Assembly: GCA_963720565.1 (NCBI GenBank)
Contig: CAVRFW010000013.1
Location: forward strand, 1 to 64,000
Source of the DNA: Candidatus Bathyarchaeota archaeon
GTDB lineage: Archaea > Thermoproteota > Bathyarchaeia > Bathyarchaeales > Bathycorpusculaceae
Direction of reading: 5' to 3'
DNA: 64,000 nucleotides
Shown here: positions 30,679 to 41,258 of the stretch, one piece after another
Layout: every line of letters begins with the position of its first letter
Numbering within the stretch: position 1 is the first letter of the stretch
Translations under genes and position numbers: made by a program
The notes under the pieces: generated by a model
Databases searched by the model: none
Told to the model about the DNA's origin: nothing
Seen by the model: only the letters and a program-made list of their open reading frames with translations

Positions 30679-33204
30679 ATGAATCTCCAAAAAACCAAAA
30701 TTCTTTCTATGCTATTTCTGACTTTGCTGATGCTTTCTGCAATTCCATTCGTCAACATACCTCTTGTAAAAGCTGCCGACATCAAAACATATGCGTTTGT
30801 AGCTGTAAGTCCGAACCGAATCTCGCTTGGCGAGCAGGTAGTTGTGAACATTTGGCTTCAACCAATCCCCCCTAGCCAATTCTATGTTTTTCATGGTCTT
30901 TCGGTAAAAGTTACGAAGCCTGATGGAACCATAGAAACATTAGGACCATACACAACATATACGATTGGGTCAGCATACTTCAATTATGTACCTGCGTCAA
31001 TTGGCAATTACAGCTTCAGCCTAACCTATCCTGGTGAGAATTTTGCCAACGGCACGGTAACCTATTTGCCCAGTGAGAGCCCGCAGAGCGCAACGCTTAG
31101 TGTACAGCAAGAACCAATACCGGGAAGAGCAGAGACTCCGCTTCCCACTGAATATTGGACTCGTCCTATCAATGCAAGAAACAGACTGTGGAGTTCGATT
31201 GCAGGAAACTGGCTGATACGCGGTTACAATACCAGTTACAGCATGGGTAATAGCGATGCTGGAAAAGGTTTCAACCCATACAGCCAAGCGCCAAGAACCG
31301 CACACATAATGTATACAAAAGAGCTAGCTCTGGGAGGTCTTATCGGAGGAGACTATGATTCGACAGGCTTCTACGCTGGGCTAACATACGAAGCGAAACT
31401 TACTCCGCCAATAATCATGGATGGAAAAATGTACTATCGCGAGTACCCAAGCGACTTCGGGTATTTCCAAGGAGTAGCAGGATACTATCCAGGTGCCGTC
31501 TGCGTAGATTTGCGCACGGGTGAAGAACTATGGCGAAACGACAAAATGAACATAGACGCTGGACAAATATACAATTATGTCTCTGGAAACCAAATGGGCG
31601 GTATCCCATACTTGTGGGACTTCGGATCGTGGGGAGCTTTCGCATTCTTTGCAGTAGGTCCATCCCTAATGTTCAGACCCACTACGTGGCATATGTATGA
31701 TGGAAACACTGGAGACCCTATAGCCAACTTCACGGGCGCACTGCCATCAAGCTTCATACAGACAGCTGCTGTCGTCTACGGAGACGACGGAACAATGTAC
31801 GTGTACTTCCTCAGCGGAGCAGGTGGGTGGCTTACCATGTGGAACTCAACCAAAGCTCTCGAGAGCGCTAACATTGTTTCCAATACTATGGGGACTAATA
31901 TCGGCTTCTTGAGAAATGTGCCTGGAACCTACAACTGGAGCAAGGGAATACAGTGGAACGTCACTGTGCCAGTGCAAATGGTGCTGGATTCGTCTGGCGC
32001 GCTTTTCCAGTCTGCATCGGGCGTTACGGGCGACGTGCTCATAGCTGCGGTTGAAAGCAGGGCGATTTCGTACAAGGAAATAGGCTACAGCTTGACAACG
32101 GGACAACAGTTATGGGTGCATGATCTCGATCCTGATCACTACACCGCCGCTAGAGCCTTCGGGGAGGGCAAGTACGCCGGCATGAATCCCAACAGCAGAA
32201 GCTGGTTTGGCTACGATGCTAGCACGGGTAACCGTTTATGGACCAGTGATCCAGCCGACTATCCTTGGGGAACCTACGGTCTTTCAGGCGTGATCGCGTA
32301 TGGCAAGCTATACGCTCTAAGCTACGACGGAAAAGTGCACGCTTTTGACCTTGACACAGGTGATGAGATTTTCAACTACTATAGCGGCGAAGACGTATAC
32401 CGTGAAACTCCCTACGGAACTTTTCCGTTCTACTACGGTCCAATAATCGCTGACAACGTGGTCTTTGCCGGTAACGGCGAACACAGTCCGACCCAACCCC
32501 TGTTCAGAGGGTATCAACTACACGCTTTCGATGCTCAAACCGGAACTCCAGTGTGGACTCTGCCTGGATGGCATGTCATCCAAGCCATTGCCGATGGTTA
32601 CCTCGTATCATACAACGCAGAAGACAACAACATGTACGTTTTCGGCAAAGGGCCGAGTGCAACAACTGTTTCCGCTCCAAATGTCGGAATAACATTTGGC
32701 TCGTCTGCAATCATCAGCGGCACTGTCACTGATACATCGGCTGGTGCAAAACAGAATGAGCAGGCTGCTCGTTTTCCAAACGGCGTTCCCGTGGTTTCTG
32801 ACGCAAGTGTGAGCGCCTGGATGGAATACGTCTACATGCAACAGGCTTGCCCAGCTGACGTTACAGGCGTTCCAGTGACGATAGACGTGATAGACTCCAA
32901 CGGCAATTACCGGAACATAGGCACCGCCACAAGCGACACATACGGCGCATATAGCATCATGTGGACACCCGATATTCCGGGCAAGTACACCGTCATCGCA
33001 TCGTTCGCTGGGTCCGAATCGTACTACGGTTCTTACGCGCAAACTGCTTTCGGTGTAGAAGCACGACCTGAACCTTCGATGGGACCAACCGCACCACCTG
33101 CATCGTTGGCTGATCAGTATCTGCTTCCAGGAATCGGCGGCATCATCGCAGCAATCGCAGTAGTTGGCGTAGTACTAGCAGCGCTTCTGCTTAGAAAGAA
33201 GTGA
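30679..33204 (+). CDS. Cell-surface PQQ-like beta-propeller repeat protein, paralog 1
   Basis: Signal peptide, Ig-like domain, PLPTEYWTRPI, DLRTGEELW/DASTGNRLW/DAQTGTPVW blades, C-terminal TM + RKK. Confidence 0.9.
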   Translation: MNLQKTKILSMLFLTLLMLSAIPFVNIPLVKAADIKTYAFVAVSPNRISLGEQVVVNIWLQPIPPSQFYVFHGLSVKVTKPDGTIETLGPYTTYTIGSAYFNYVPASIGNYSFSLTYPGENFANGTVTYLPSESPQSATLSVQQEPIPGRAETPLPTEYWTRPINARNRLWSSIAGNWLIRGYNTSYSMGNSDAGKGFNPYSQAPRTAHIMYTKELALGGLIGGDYDSTGFYAGLTYEAKLTPPIIMDGKMYYREYPSDFGYFQGVAGYYPGAVCVDLRTGEELWRNDKMNIDAGQIYNYVSGNQMGGIPYLWDFGSWGAFAFFAVGPSLMFRPTTWHMYDGNTGDPIANFTGALPSSFIQTAAVVYGDDGTMYVYFLSGAGGWLTMWNSTKALESANIVSNTMGTNIGFLRNVPGTYNWSKGIQWNVTVPVQMVLDSSGALFQSASGVTGDVLIAAVESRAISYKEIGYSLTTGQQLWVHDLDPDHYTAARAFGEGKYAGMNPNSRSWFGYDASTGNRLWTSDPADYPWGTYGLSGVIAYGKLYALSYDGKVHAFDLDTGDEIFNYYSGEDVYRETPYGTFPFYYGPIIADNVVFAGNGEHSPTQPLFRGYQLHAFDAQTGTPVWTLPGWHVIQAIADGYLVSYNAEDNNMYVFGKGPSATTVSAPNVGITFGSSAIISGTVTDTSAGAKQNEQAARFPNGVPVVSDASVSAWMEYVYMQQACPADVTGVPVTIDVIDSNGNYRNIGTATSDTYGAYSIMWTPDIPGKYTVIASFAGSESYYGSYAQTAFGVEARPEPSMGPTAPPASLADQYLLPGIGGIIAAIAVVGVVLAALLLRKK

Positions 33205-33216
33205 ACAATCGAAACA

Positions 33217-33238
33217 AACTTTCACTCTCCCCCTTTTT
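33217..33238 (+). terminator. Pyrimidine/U-tract terminator
   Basis: ACTTTCACTCTCCCCTTTTT shortly after the stop; same style after all paralogs. Confidence 0.6.
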
Positions 33239-33287
33239 AGTGGGACAATAAAACATCCGAACAACAAAGAACAAAGAGGAGAAAGAT

Positions 33288-33398
33288 GGGCTGAGTGGGC
33301 TCTGGATTGAACTCTTGATATCGCAGTAGCGGTATAGATTTAGCATTCTCAATTCTCCTTTTTCTCTTATTTTTCGCGTTGCAGAGCCCCAGCAAACC
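33288..33398 (+). ncRNA. Putative BHB-bounded structured RNA, copy B
   Basis: GG-GCTG-AGT-GGGCTCTG ... CAGAGCCC-CAGC-AAA-CC. Confidence 0.65.
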
Positions 33399-33445
33399 CC
33401 AACTGCACGACCTTATTGTTGAAGCACAGTCAAGATTGGACGATT

Positions 33446-33906
33446 AACAACGGTGCATTTGCTTGGAATATTGCAACCGGCGATGTTGATTTTGACGGTG
33501 AAGTGGAGATTACCACTGTCGGGTGCATGGGAATCGATCAACTCTACGATCCTGACATAAGAATCTGGTCTGTCTAAAAAACGGAAGGTGACCAGCTTAT
33601 TCTTGTCCTTGTGCTTGTAGGAATAACTGCCGTGATAGGGATTTCCTCAGGCGTTCTTTTTGCGCTAAAGAAGCGCAAGCAACGTTGTTCCCACAATAAT
33701 GGATTATTAGGCTTGGACTGTCATACGCAATCCTTAAGCCAGAAGACACAGGTGCGAGTGTGCCGATCGAAATCTTCGGCACGGCAGCCACTACAGTCGC
33801 AGCATCCGTCATCGCCATAGCATTTTTCACAATTGCAATGCAAAGGCGAAAAGAACCCGCTTTCTACGCTTCTTATTCTTTCAACGAGATAATGAAAGAC
33901 AAATAA
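33446..33906 (+). pseudogene. Two adjacent orphan C-terminal fragments of surface proteins (FG-GAP-like repeat + TM; second TM + basic tail)
   Basis: WNIATGDVDFDGEVEITTVG...IWSV*KTEGDQLILVLVLVGITAVIGISSGVLFALKKRK, then ...IFGTAATTVAASVIAIAFFTIAMQRRKE...KDK*. Confidence 0.6.
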
Positions 33907-33938
33907 AGGGTGCCTAGCAAATTACCTGTGGGATTTGA

Positions 33939-34268
33939 ATGACAATCTTGTTTTACGTAAAAACAAATGAAAGCCCGAAAATAGTTGGAGAAGTAATCTG
34001 TAAATTCAACTATACCCGCGGTGAGCATCCTGAAGACGAATACAGTTGGATTGTGCAGGAAAGAAAGAGCGGAACCGAAGAATACTGGGAGATTAAGAGC
34101 AAGTACTCTGGATTGAAAGACCTTGCTTCTGTTGGTTTTACCTACCGAAAAGGAGACACTGTAGTCCTTTCAGATGTAGATGACGGATTTGCCTCAAACT
34201 TTTTAGACCCCTTGATTGAAAAGTACGGGTTTGATAACGTGAAATGGATAGTTGTTCCAAAACGCTAG
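33939..34268 (+). CDS. Hypothetical protein
   Basis: ORF 109 aa. Confidence 0.7.
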   Translation: MTILFYVKTNESPKIVGEVICKFNYTRGEHPEDEYSWIVQERKSGTEEYWEIKSKYSGLKDLASVGFTYRKGDTVVLSDVDDGFASNFLDPLIEKYGFDNVKWIVVPKR

Positions 34269-34342
34269 CCCCAACAAACAAGCACGGTTGCTGTCAGATA
34301 ACACGCCGGAAAATATGAGCGTCCAAAAGGCTGTTCAAGGGT

Positions 34343-34724
34343 ATGAAGCCGAAAATCGTGAAAGCTACTTCACTGAAAGAGTCATTGACGCCTGAAGGAT
34401 GTTTTATCTCTGAGAATTGGGGACTAGCTGAGTTTTGGGGATGCGGCAGTGTCGATTGCACGCGCCAGAGTTGAACCTGGAGTAACCACAAAGGCACATC
34501 ATTTGAAAGGAATACGAGAGATTTACCTCATCCTGAAGGGGAACGGAAAAGTCCGAATCGGCGGCCTTGAACCTGCCAACGTTACAGAAGGTGACGCCGT
34601 CATTATTCCAGCGGGAACAAGCCAAAAAATAACGAATGAAGGAAAAACTGACTTGGTTTTCTACTGCATCTGCACGCCCGCATTCACGCAGGACCGCTAC
34701 CGCGACGAAGAGACAAAAATGTAA
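34343..34724 (+). CDS. Cupin domain protein, frameshift near 34435
   Basis: MKPKIV.. start at 34343 joins SIARARVEPG..AHHL..EIYLILKG..GDAVIIPAG..FYCICTP. Confidence 0.85.
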
Positions 34725-34890
34725 CAGAAAGGACTAAGCTGCCGTGTACGCTTATTCTCCTTCTCTCTGGTCCACCGTACCCAACCGATTAACCTCTAGG
34801 TGCAAGCATAAGGAATACAGCGCTAGAAACGTACTTATTGAACTTGTTTGAAAGAATTGGCATTACTAGGGTTGATTCGGGGGAAAAGAG

Positions 34891-35803
34891 TTGAAGTATT
34901 TCGAGTGGTTAGCAACAACCAAAACCAAGTTGGTTGCTCTGCTAGTTGTGCTGGTTATCGTTCTCGCAAGCCTTATCGGAGCATTGGCGTTCAATCAATC
35001 GGATACACCTATTTCAACTCCAACTCCAGCACCTACTTCAACTCCAACATCCTACTCCAACACCCACTCCAACACCTACTCCAACTCCAACACCCACTCC
35101 AACACCTACTTCAACTCCAACACCCACTCCAACACCTACTCCTACTCCAACACCCACTCCAACGCCTTCACCTGCTCCAACTCCAACACCTCCACCAGAC
35201 GGAAACTGGGACGGGGGTACAGAATTTCTAATTCGAGACGAGATCCACACGTTTTCCGACAATTCACCTGTCGCCGTAGAGAACTGTGGCTGGCATTTCT
35301 GGTACGACACGTCAAGGTATCCTCAGAATTGGTACTCGCCTGTCGACTTCTGGAATGGCAAGATTTACACCCGCTGGGAGATTATAACACAGCCCACCAA
35401 CACAGCCTGCAGCTTCCAGATAGTCTGGTGGAAAGCCCTTCCAGAAGTAGTCAACGGCGTGGAAGTTGTGCAGGAGCTTTGGGATTTGCCCCAGCATCTT
35501 GCGGGGGGCGCAGGGTCAGTTGGCACATTCAGCACGGTGCTGAGCAACTTTCATGTTCAAGGATTAGGTATCGATTTGCACAACACAGGCAATCTCTGGC
35601 GTCAGGGAATCGCGATTATTGATGATGCCACCGGAAGCCCGGTATCTCCCCCTTCATGGGGATATGACGATGAGCCTTGGAACAGCCGCGCACAATGGTT
35701 CCCCATGAAAATGCGTTTGACTATCGTCGCCGTGGCAGCAGGAGCCACCTTCTCCGGATGGGATAGCTGGGTATCGACGCCTCCCACAGACGGCACCAGT
35801 TGA
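34891..35803 (+). CDS. Membrane-anchored protein with long PT linker and Trp-rich C-terminal domain; frameshift near 35050
   Basis: N-terminal TM in the frame of ORF 34891, PT repeats and globular domain in the frame of ORF 34946. Confidence 0.8.
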
Positions 35804-36038
35804 GAAAGTTAAGCGCGCGACGAGTAAGAAGACCAATCTTAGCTGGAAATATCACCTTTGTTTAGCTTACAGCATCAATACGGGAGCACATATTTGATTC
35901 TGGTTGTAAGAGAAGACTGATAGCCAAAGATGGTTCAAACAACAATGCGACGCGCTCACGTTGCAAAGTACAATCGTTTTTTTAGTGAAGCTGAGTTCTT
36001 AGAAAATCTTAAGAGCACAAAAAAACAGTTGAACATCC

Positions 36039-36158
36039 ATGCCCATTGAGCTAAGTATCAAGGAAGAGTTAGAGAAGGTTACTTCAGAAATTGCCAGATT
36101 AGAGCGCTGCAAGAAAGTTTTAGAAGACACTCTAACTCTTAAATTGGTCAAGCGTTAA
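36039..36158 (+). CDS. Small coiled-coil protein (39 aa)
   Basis: Manual ORF MPIELSIKEELEKVTSEIARLERCKKVLEDTLTLKLVKR*; TATA-like CTTAAG ~25 nt upstream. Confidence 0.5.
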   Translation: MPIELSIKEELEKVTSEIARLERCKKVLEDTLTLKLVKR

Positions 36159-36186
36159 GTTCCTTTAAGAAATATCGCGTTAACAC

Positions 36187-37579
36187 GTGTTTAGTTCAGG
36201 TTGCAAGAGAAAACTGACAGCCAAGAAATATACAAACAACCAAGCGCCTCCTAACAGCAACAATATACTTAATGGTAAATCAGAGACTTCTCTAAAAAGA
36301 GAACTAAACTTAGTCCAGTCTCTGCTCTTAGGCGTAGGCACAGCAATCGGCGGCGTAATGTTCGCCATTATGGGAAGAGCTGCCGACGCAGCAGGTCCCA
36401 GCATAGTTCTAACATTCCTGATAGGCGCTTTCTTTGCTCTTCTCATGGGGTTATCATACGCGGAACTCGGCTCTACAGTTCCAAGCGCCGCTGGCGGAGC
36501 AATAGCCTTTGTTGAACGAGCTTTTGGCAAGAAGACTCCAACTTTCCTTGCAGGCTGGTTCAGCTGGATAGGCAGCGTCACTGACTGCGCCATAGGCTCA
36601 GTGGTTTTTGCATTCTCAGTTCATTACTTCATCGGATGGATAGACCCGTTCCTCTTGGCAGTCATTACTCTGATTGTGTTTGCTTTGATTAATTTTAGAG
36701 GAACGCGAAGCATGGGAATCGTTCAATTCGGTTTGACAGCAGTTTTGATATTCACGCTTTGCTTTTTTATGGCTGGGTCATCCTTGAATTTCAGTTTCGG
36801 CAGGTTTGAACCCTTCTTTCCTAATGGCTTAACACCTACACTATTCATGGTTAGCTTCATCTTTCCAACTTACGCAGGCTACGAATCTATAACTCAGCTT
36901 TCAGAAGAAATCCGCGTGGCAGGCAAGACTGTTCCAAGAGCGCTTCTTCTCACATTAATCGTTGTTACGCTGCTTTTCACGGGTACTGTTGTGGCAATGA
37001 TTGGCGGTGCTCCACGTGAAGTGTACATAAACTCTTCTACGCCTTTGCAGGATGCAGCGAATTACTTTATGGGTCCAGCAGGCGGTGCAATAGTGTCAAT
37101 CGGCGCCATAGTTGCAACGTCTATCCACGATTAACGGTGCTATGGCGGGTGGTTCACGTATAGCTTTCGCTCTCAGCAGAAATGATTTCTTGCCATCTGT
37201 CTTCAAAAAAGTTCATCCAAGATATAGGTCACCGTTCGCAGCTTTGGCTCTAACCACGCTTCTTGCTGTTCTTTTTGTGTTGACTCGCGGGGTTGACTTC
37301 ATTGTGTACGCGATTACACTTGGCTACTCAGTGACAGCTATAATGGTGATTTTGGCGTTGATTCGTTTAAGGAAGACTGAACCCCATCTTTATCATCCTT
37401 TTAAGGTGCCTCTGTACCCATACGTTCCTGTCGCAGGCATCATAGTATTGTGCTTCATGATTGCAACGCTGAGTTGGGAGTCCTTGGTTCTGGGCATAGC
37501 TTTCGGTATGATAGGTGTAATTCTGCTGTTTGCTCTCAAAAGAATGAGAGGCAAGCAAACGAATGTAAGTGACAAATAG
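36187..37579 (+). CDS. APC-family amino acid permease, frameshift near 37120 (true start probably later than 36187)
   Basis: LKRELNL..GTAIGGVMF, YAELGS, YAGYESI..SEE, SRIAFALSR, PFKVPLYP. Confidence 0.92.
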
Positions 37580-37664
37580 CTGAAGCGCTCAGCAAAGAAT
37601 GTATAATACCACTTTTTTCAGGAGCGCGCGCGGAAAAGAAAGCCTAAGAAAGGCGCGAGTTCGA

Positions 37665-38138
37665 CTAAAAATTCTCCCTGACCAGGCGATAGAGAAACCA
37701 TTCTGAGCGTTCAGCCTTGTTTCTCTCGTAGAATTGTTGAGCCGATTTATTCCAGGTTAGAACGCTAAATTCGATTCTGCTACATCCCTGGAGTTTGGCG
37801 ATTTCTCTAATTTCGTCAAACATTTTCTTGCCGATCCCCTGTCCTCTGTACTCTTCAAGAACAAAAATATCCTCCAGAAAAAGGGTCGGCAGGGCAAGAA
37901 AGCTCGAATACGTGAAGAAGTAAAGCGCGTATGAAACGCATTTACCGCCGATTTTCCCCACGAACGCTTCATACTTAGGTTTCTCTGACAGATAGTCTAC
38001 ACGCAGCCTTTCCTTTGCTGCTTCATCCGGCGGAGATAATTTCTCATACTGGGCAAGCTTTTCAACCAAACCTAAAAATTCGTCAAACGTGCCAGCATCA
38101 ACTTTTCTGATAACCAACTGGTTTTCTTGTTTTTTCAT
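37665..38138 (-). CDS. GNAT N-acetyltransferase (diamine acetyltransferase-like)
   Basis: LFLEDIFV..YRGQGIGK..VLTWNKSAQQFY. Confidence 0.92.
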   Translation of the reverse strand: MKKQENQLVIRKVDAGTFDEFLGLVEKLAQYEKLSPPDEAAKERLRVDYLSEKPKYEAFVGKIGGKCVSYALYFFTYSSFLALPTLFLEDIFVLEEYRGQGIGKKMFDEIREIAKLQGCSRIEFSVLTWNKSAQQFYERNKAERSEWFLYRLVRENF

Positions 38139-38549
38139 GCAAAAAAGTGGTTGTTTCTAAAATAAAGCTTTGCCCTTGCCGATCGGGCTCTAGGCATCTT
38201 TCCAATGTTCAACACACACAGACTAAAATCTAGTCCCCCAAACCCAAACCGGAGAAAAAGAGGCAAAACATTGAATTCTAGTCTACCAACCAACTGTCTA
38301 CGATGTGGATGGATTTGCAAACCGCTCGCTTGAAAATGAATGTTTGAAAGAAGATACATCTGCCAAAACCCTTAAGTAACATGCTTTAGTGTCATGAAAG
38401 AAAAACGGTGCATGCTTCAAGTCCGCTTCACACAATTTGTGTGTTCAGAAACTGGAACATTCTGTTCTATAACATAGGACTTTAAGCTTGCCAATGCATT
38501 GGAATGCGGTTTCCATCGACTCGCTCTCGTTGCTGAGTGATTATGAAAT

Positions 38550-39911
38550 ATGTTTGAAAACATATTCTATTACCTGACGTTCATCCTTTGGGCGTTCATA
38601 CTATTCAATTTCGCCTACACAGTCATCCTAGCTTTTGCCGGGTTAAAACCTCAAAAGCCTACTCCAAAGCATGATGCAACCAAACGATTCGCAGTCTTGG
38701 TTCCAGCCCACAACGAAGCCAACGTAATAAGCGATTTGATAAATAGTCTCAAAAACCAAAACTACCCCTCAGACCTCTTTGACATTCACATAATAGCTGA
38801 CCACTGTGAAGACAACACCGCAGCAACAGCAGAACAATGCGGAGCAAAAGTCCACGTTCGCAACTCCGGACCTAAAGGAAAAGGCGGCGTAATACGGTTC
38901 TTCCTAGACAAACTATCAAGTGAATTGCCCAGTTACGATGCAGTCTGCATTTTCGACGCTGACAACATCGCACACCCGGACTTCCTACAAAAGATGAATG
39001 ATGCACTCTGCGAAGGAAAAACCTGCATCCAAGGATACCTAGGCACCAAAAACCCGCATGACAACTGGGTCACCAAGGCCATATACTCTAGCTATTTAAT
39101 CACCAATCGTCTGTGGCAGCTTGGAAAAGAGAACTTGGGATTGTCAGCAGCCTGCGGAGGAACAGGATTCTGCGTGTCCACCCCGATTCTAGAACGGTTC
39201 GGCTGGCCAGCTCAGAGCTTAACAGAGGACTTGGAAATGCAAATGCTCTATTCTCTTCACGGAATAAAGTTCAGTTGGTCTCATGAAGCAATAACCTACG
39301 ACGAGAAACCCCTTTCAATCAAGATTGCGATAAACCAGCGCGTCAGATGGACGATTGGACATCTTGATGTGCAACGCAGATACGTTATGAAATTCATTAA
39401 GAACATGATTAAACAAAGAGACATCAAACTACTAGACCAGATCATTTATCTGCTATCGCCATTATACTGGGTGGTTTTTAGCGTTTTGCTCTTTGGATTT
39501 GCTGCCGAGTTCCTTGTCGGCATACAAATGTTTAAGCTGGGAGTAACGGAAGCCTTTGTTCTAAACGTGCTATCACTGCTCATCTATCCTATTGCAGGGA
39601 TTTATTTGGAGACTAAATCATTGAAGGCCATGCATATGGTTCCGTTTCTGTTGGCTTTTACGCCGATTTGGTTTGTGGCCGTAGTTTTGGCATTAAAGAG
39701 TTTTAACAAGAAAGACTGGTTTCACACGCCCCATGGCGTAACAAAGGGGCAAAACAAGGTCCTCCCTAGCTGGAATATTGGCCGATTAGGCTATGCTTTT
39801 CCAAACAAAGGAAACCTCAGTCCAGTATTTCTGGTTAATCCCACTAACCCCCTTATCTCTGAACAAAAGCGTCCTAATAGAAAGGCCAAGACCGAAATAA
39901 AACCTGTTTAA
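38550..39911 (+). CDS. Processive GT2 glycosyltransferase
   Basis: VPAHNE, DADN, LTED, QRVRW motifs plus TM helices. Confidence 0.93.
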   Translation: MFENIFYYLTFILWAFILFNFAYTVILAFAGLKPQKPTPKHDATKRFAVLVPAHNEANVISDLINSLKNQNYPSDLFDIHIIADHCEDNTAATAEQCGAKVHVRNSGPKGKGGVIRFFLDKLSSELPSYDAVCIFDADNIAHPDFLQKMNDALCEGKTCIQGYLGTKNPHDNWVTKAIYSSYLITNRLWQLGKENLGLSAACGGTGFCVSTPILERFGWPAQSLTEDLEMQMLYSLHGIKFSWSHEAITYDEKPLSIKIAINQRVRWTIGHLDVQRRYVMKFIKNMIKQRDIKLLDQIIYLLSPLYWVVFSVLLFGFAAEFLVGIQMFKLGVTEAFVLNVLSLLIYPIAGIYLETKSLKAMHMVPFLLAFTPIWFVAVVLALKSFNKKDWFHTPHGVTKGQNKVLPSWNIGRLGYAFPNKGNLSPVFLVNPTNPLISEQKRPNRKAKTEIKPV

Positions 39912-40201
39912 AAGCAAGTTCTCCTCCGCAAGCTGAAGCTATCTCGTTTTAAGGGTCTTAGAGGAAACATGGAGCATGTGCCTTTTGGGGCATCACTACA
40001 CGATAGCGTTGAGTATTATCAGAAAGGACGCAGCAGTTACGATGAGATCCCAGACGGTTTTTTCATTCACAGATCTTTTTCCGTCCCAAACAAAATCCAC
40101 TGCTGTTTGTATCGGTTTTAAATCAAAGATGGCAACAACCTGGATAGTTGAGTATCCGGCTCTTGCTGACGCTGCTAATACTCTGTTGGTTGGATCAAAA
40201 T

Positions 40202-40624
40202 TTAGTATTTCTTTTCTTGAAATCTTCGCGATTTGCTTTCGTCCTCTTTATGTAGCCAAAGCCACTGCTTGCGATACCTTTCATTGCTCCAGACTTCTCG
40301 CTGCTCTTTCACCCATTTTTCAGTTCCTATGGTTTTTTGTCTTCTCAGATTCTCTATTGCAGGCAGATGGGTTGACCTAATAGGACTGTAGCAGAACTGA
40401 ATCAGCTTTGAACAGGGCAACTCCTCGCAGTCTTTGCATGATTTAAGGCCTTTCTTGTCCACGCAGCATTTGTAAATGTCACAGCTTCCATGATACTCTG
40501 AGATACCGCATCCGCAAGTGCAGCGGCACCCGTGACAGCTCTTGTCCAAATATTCAACACAAACGCCACAATAGAGACCGCATGGAGTAGCAAGTTTCAG
40601 GTAACCAGAATTGTCCAGTCTCAT
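40202..40624 (-). CDS. DUF3795 domain protein
   Basis: PCGLYCGVC..CHGC..CDIYKCC..SCKDCEELPC. Confidence 0.88.
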   Translation of the reverse strand: MRLDNSGYLKLATPCGLYCGVCVEYLDKSCHGCRCTCGCGISEYHGSCDIYKCCVDKKGLKSCKDCEELPCSKLIQFCYSPIRSTHLPAIENLRRQKTIGTEKWVKEQREVWSNERYRKQWLWLHKEDESKSRRFQEKKY

Positions 40625-40719
40625 CCCACGGGTTGAAAAGAATTAAAATCGCAAATATATACTTACGATTGACTGTGTGTGCACTAAATTTTTAGCCAAC
40701 CAACCATGGAAGGCGTTTT

Positions 40720-41139
40720 CTATTTCTTGTGTACTTTAGCCCGAATTCCGCGAGCATCTGCCGGGATTTTCCCCTTCAGCCCAGCACGATTGTAAGCCAC
40801 GGCAGCACGGATGATATTTTTCAGAGCGCGCTCATTAATTCCATCACTCTCGTGGAAATCGATTGCTCGCCACTTATTGCCTTCAAGGCCGGCATTGAAG
40901 AGCTTTTCTGGATCCAGAAGGCTTGCGCCTTGAGAGAAGGTCAATTTTACCTTATCCTTGTGAGCGTTGGCGACCGAGATTAGTCCATTGTGAGACCATA
41001 CTGGGGAACCCATCCATTTCCATTCCTCGACTATCTCGGGGTCAGCATCATGAATGATTTTGCGAAGATTGGCAAGCATTTTGCTGCGCCAGTCCGTAAG
41101 ATCTGCGATATATTTGTCAATAAGTTCGGATGGGTTCAT
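40720..41139 (-). CDS. DUF1801/YdhG-like protein
   Basis: IDKYIA..EEWKWMGSPVW..GASLLDPEKLFNAGLEG. Confidence 0.9.
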   Translation of the reverse strand: MNPSELIDKYIADLTDWRSKMLANLRKIIHDADPEIVEEWKWMGSPVWSHNGLISVANAHKDKVKLTFSQGASLLDPEKLFNAGLEGNKWRAIDFHESDGINERALKNIIRAAVAYNRAGLKGKIPADARGIRAKVHKK

Positions 41140-41258
41140 TGACGGTGCACACCACATTGAAGGCGTCCTATATTCTAATATCTTGCGGAAGAGAACTTTG
41201 GGAAAAAAGTTATAGCCAATATAGGTACAATCAGGAATGGCGAAAGAGGATTGCGAAA

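Noticed and set aside
35010..35195. ACTCCAACACC tandem repeats as a CRISPR array or non-coding satellite
   Set aside because: They encode a Pro-Thr linker, with no unique spacers and no cas genes.
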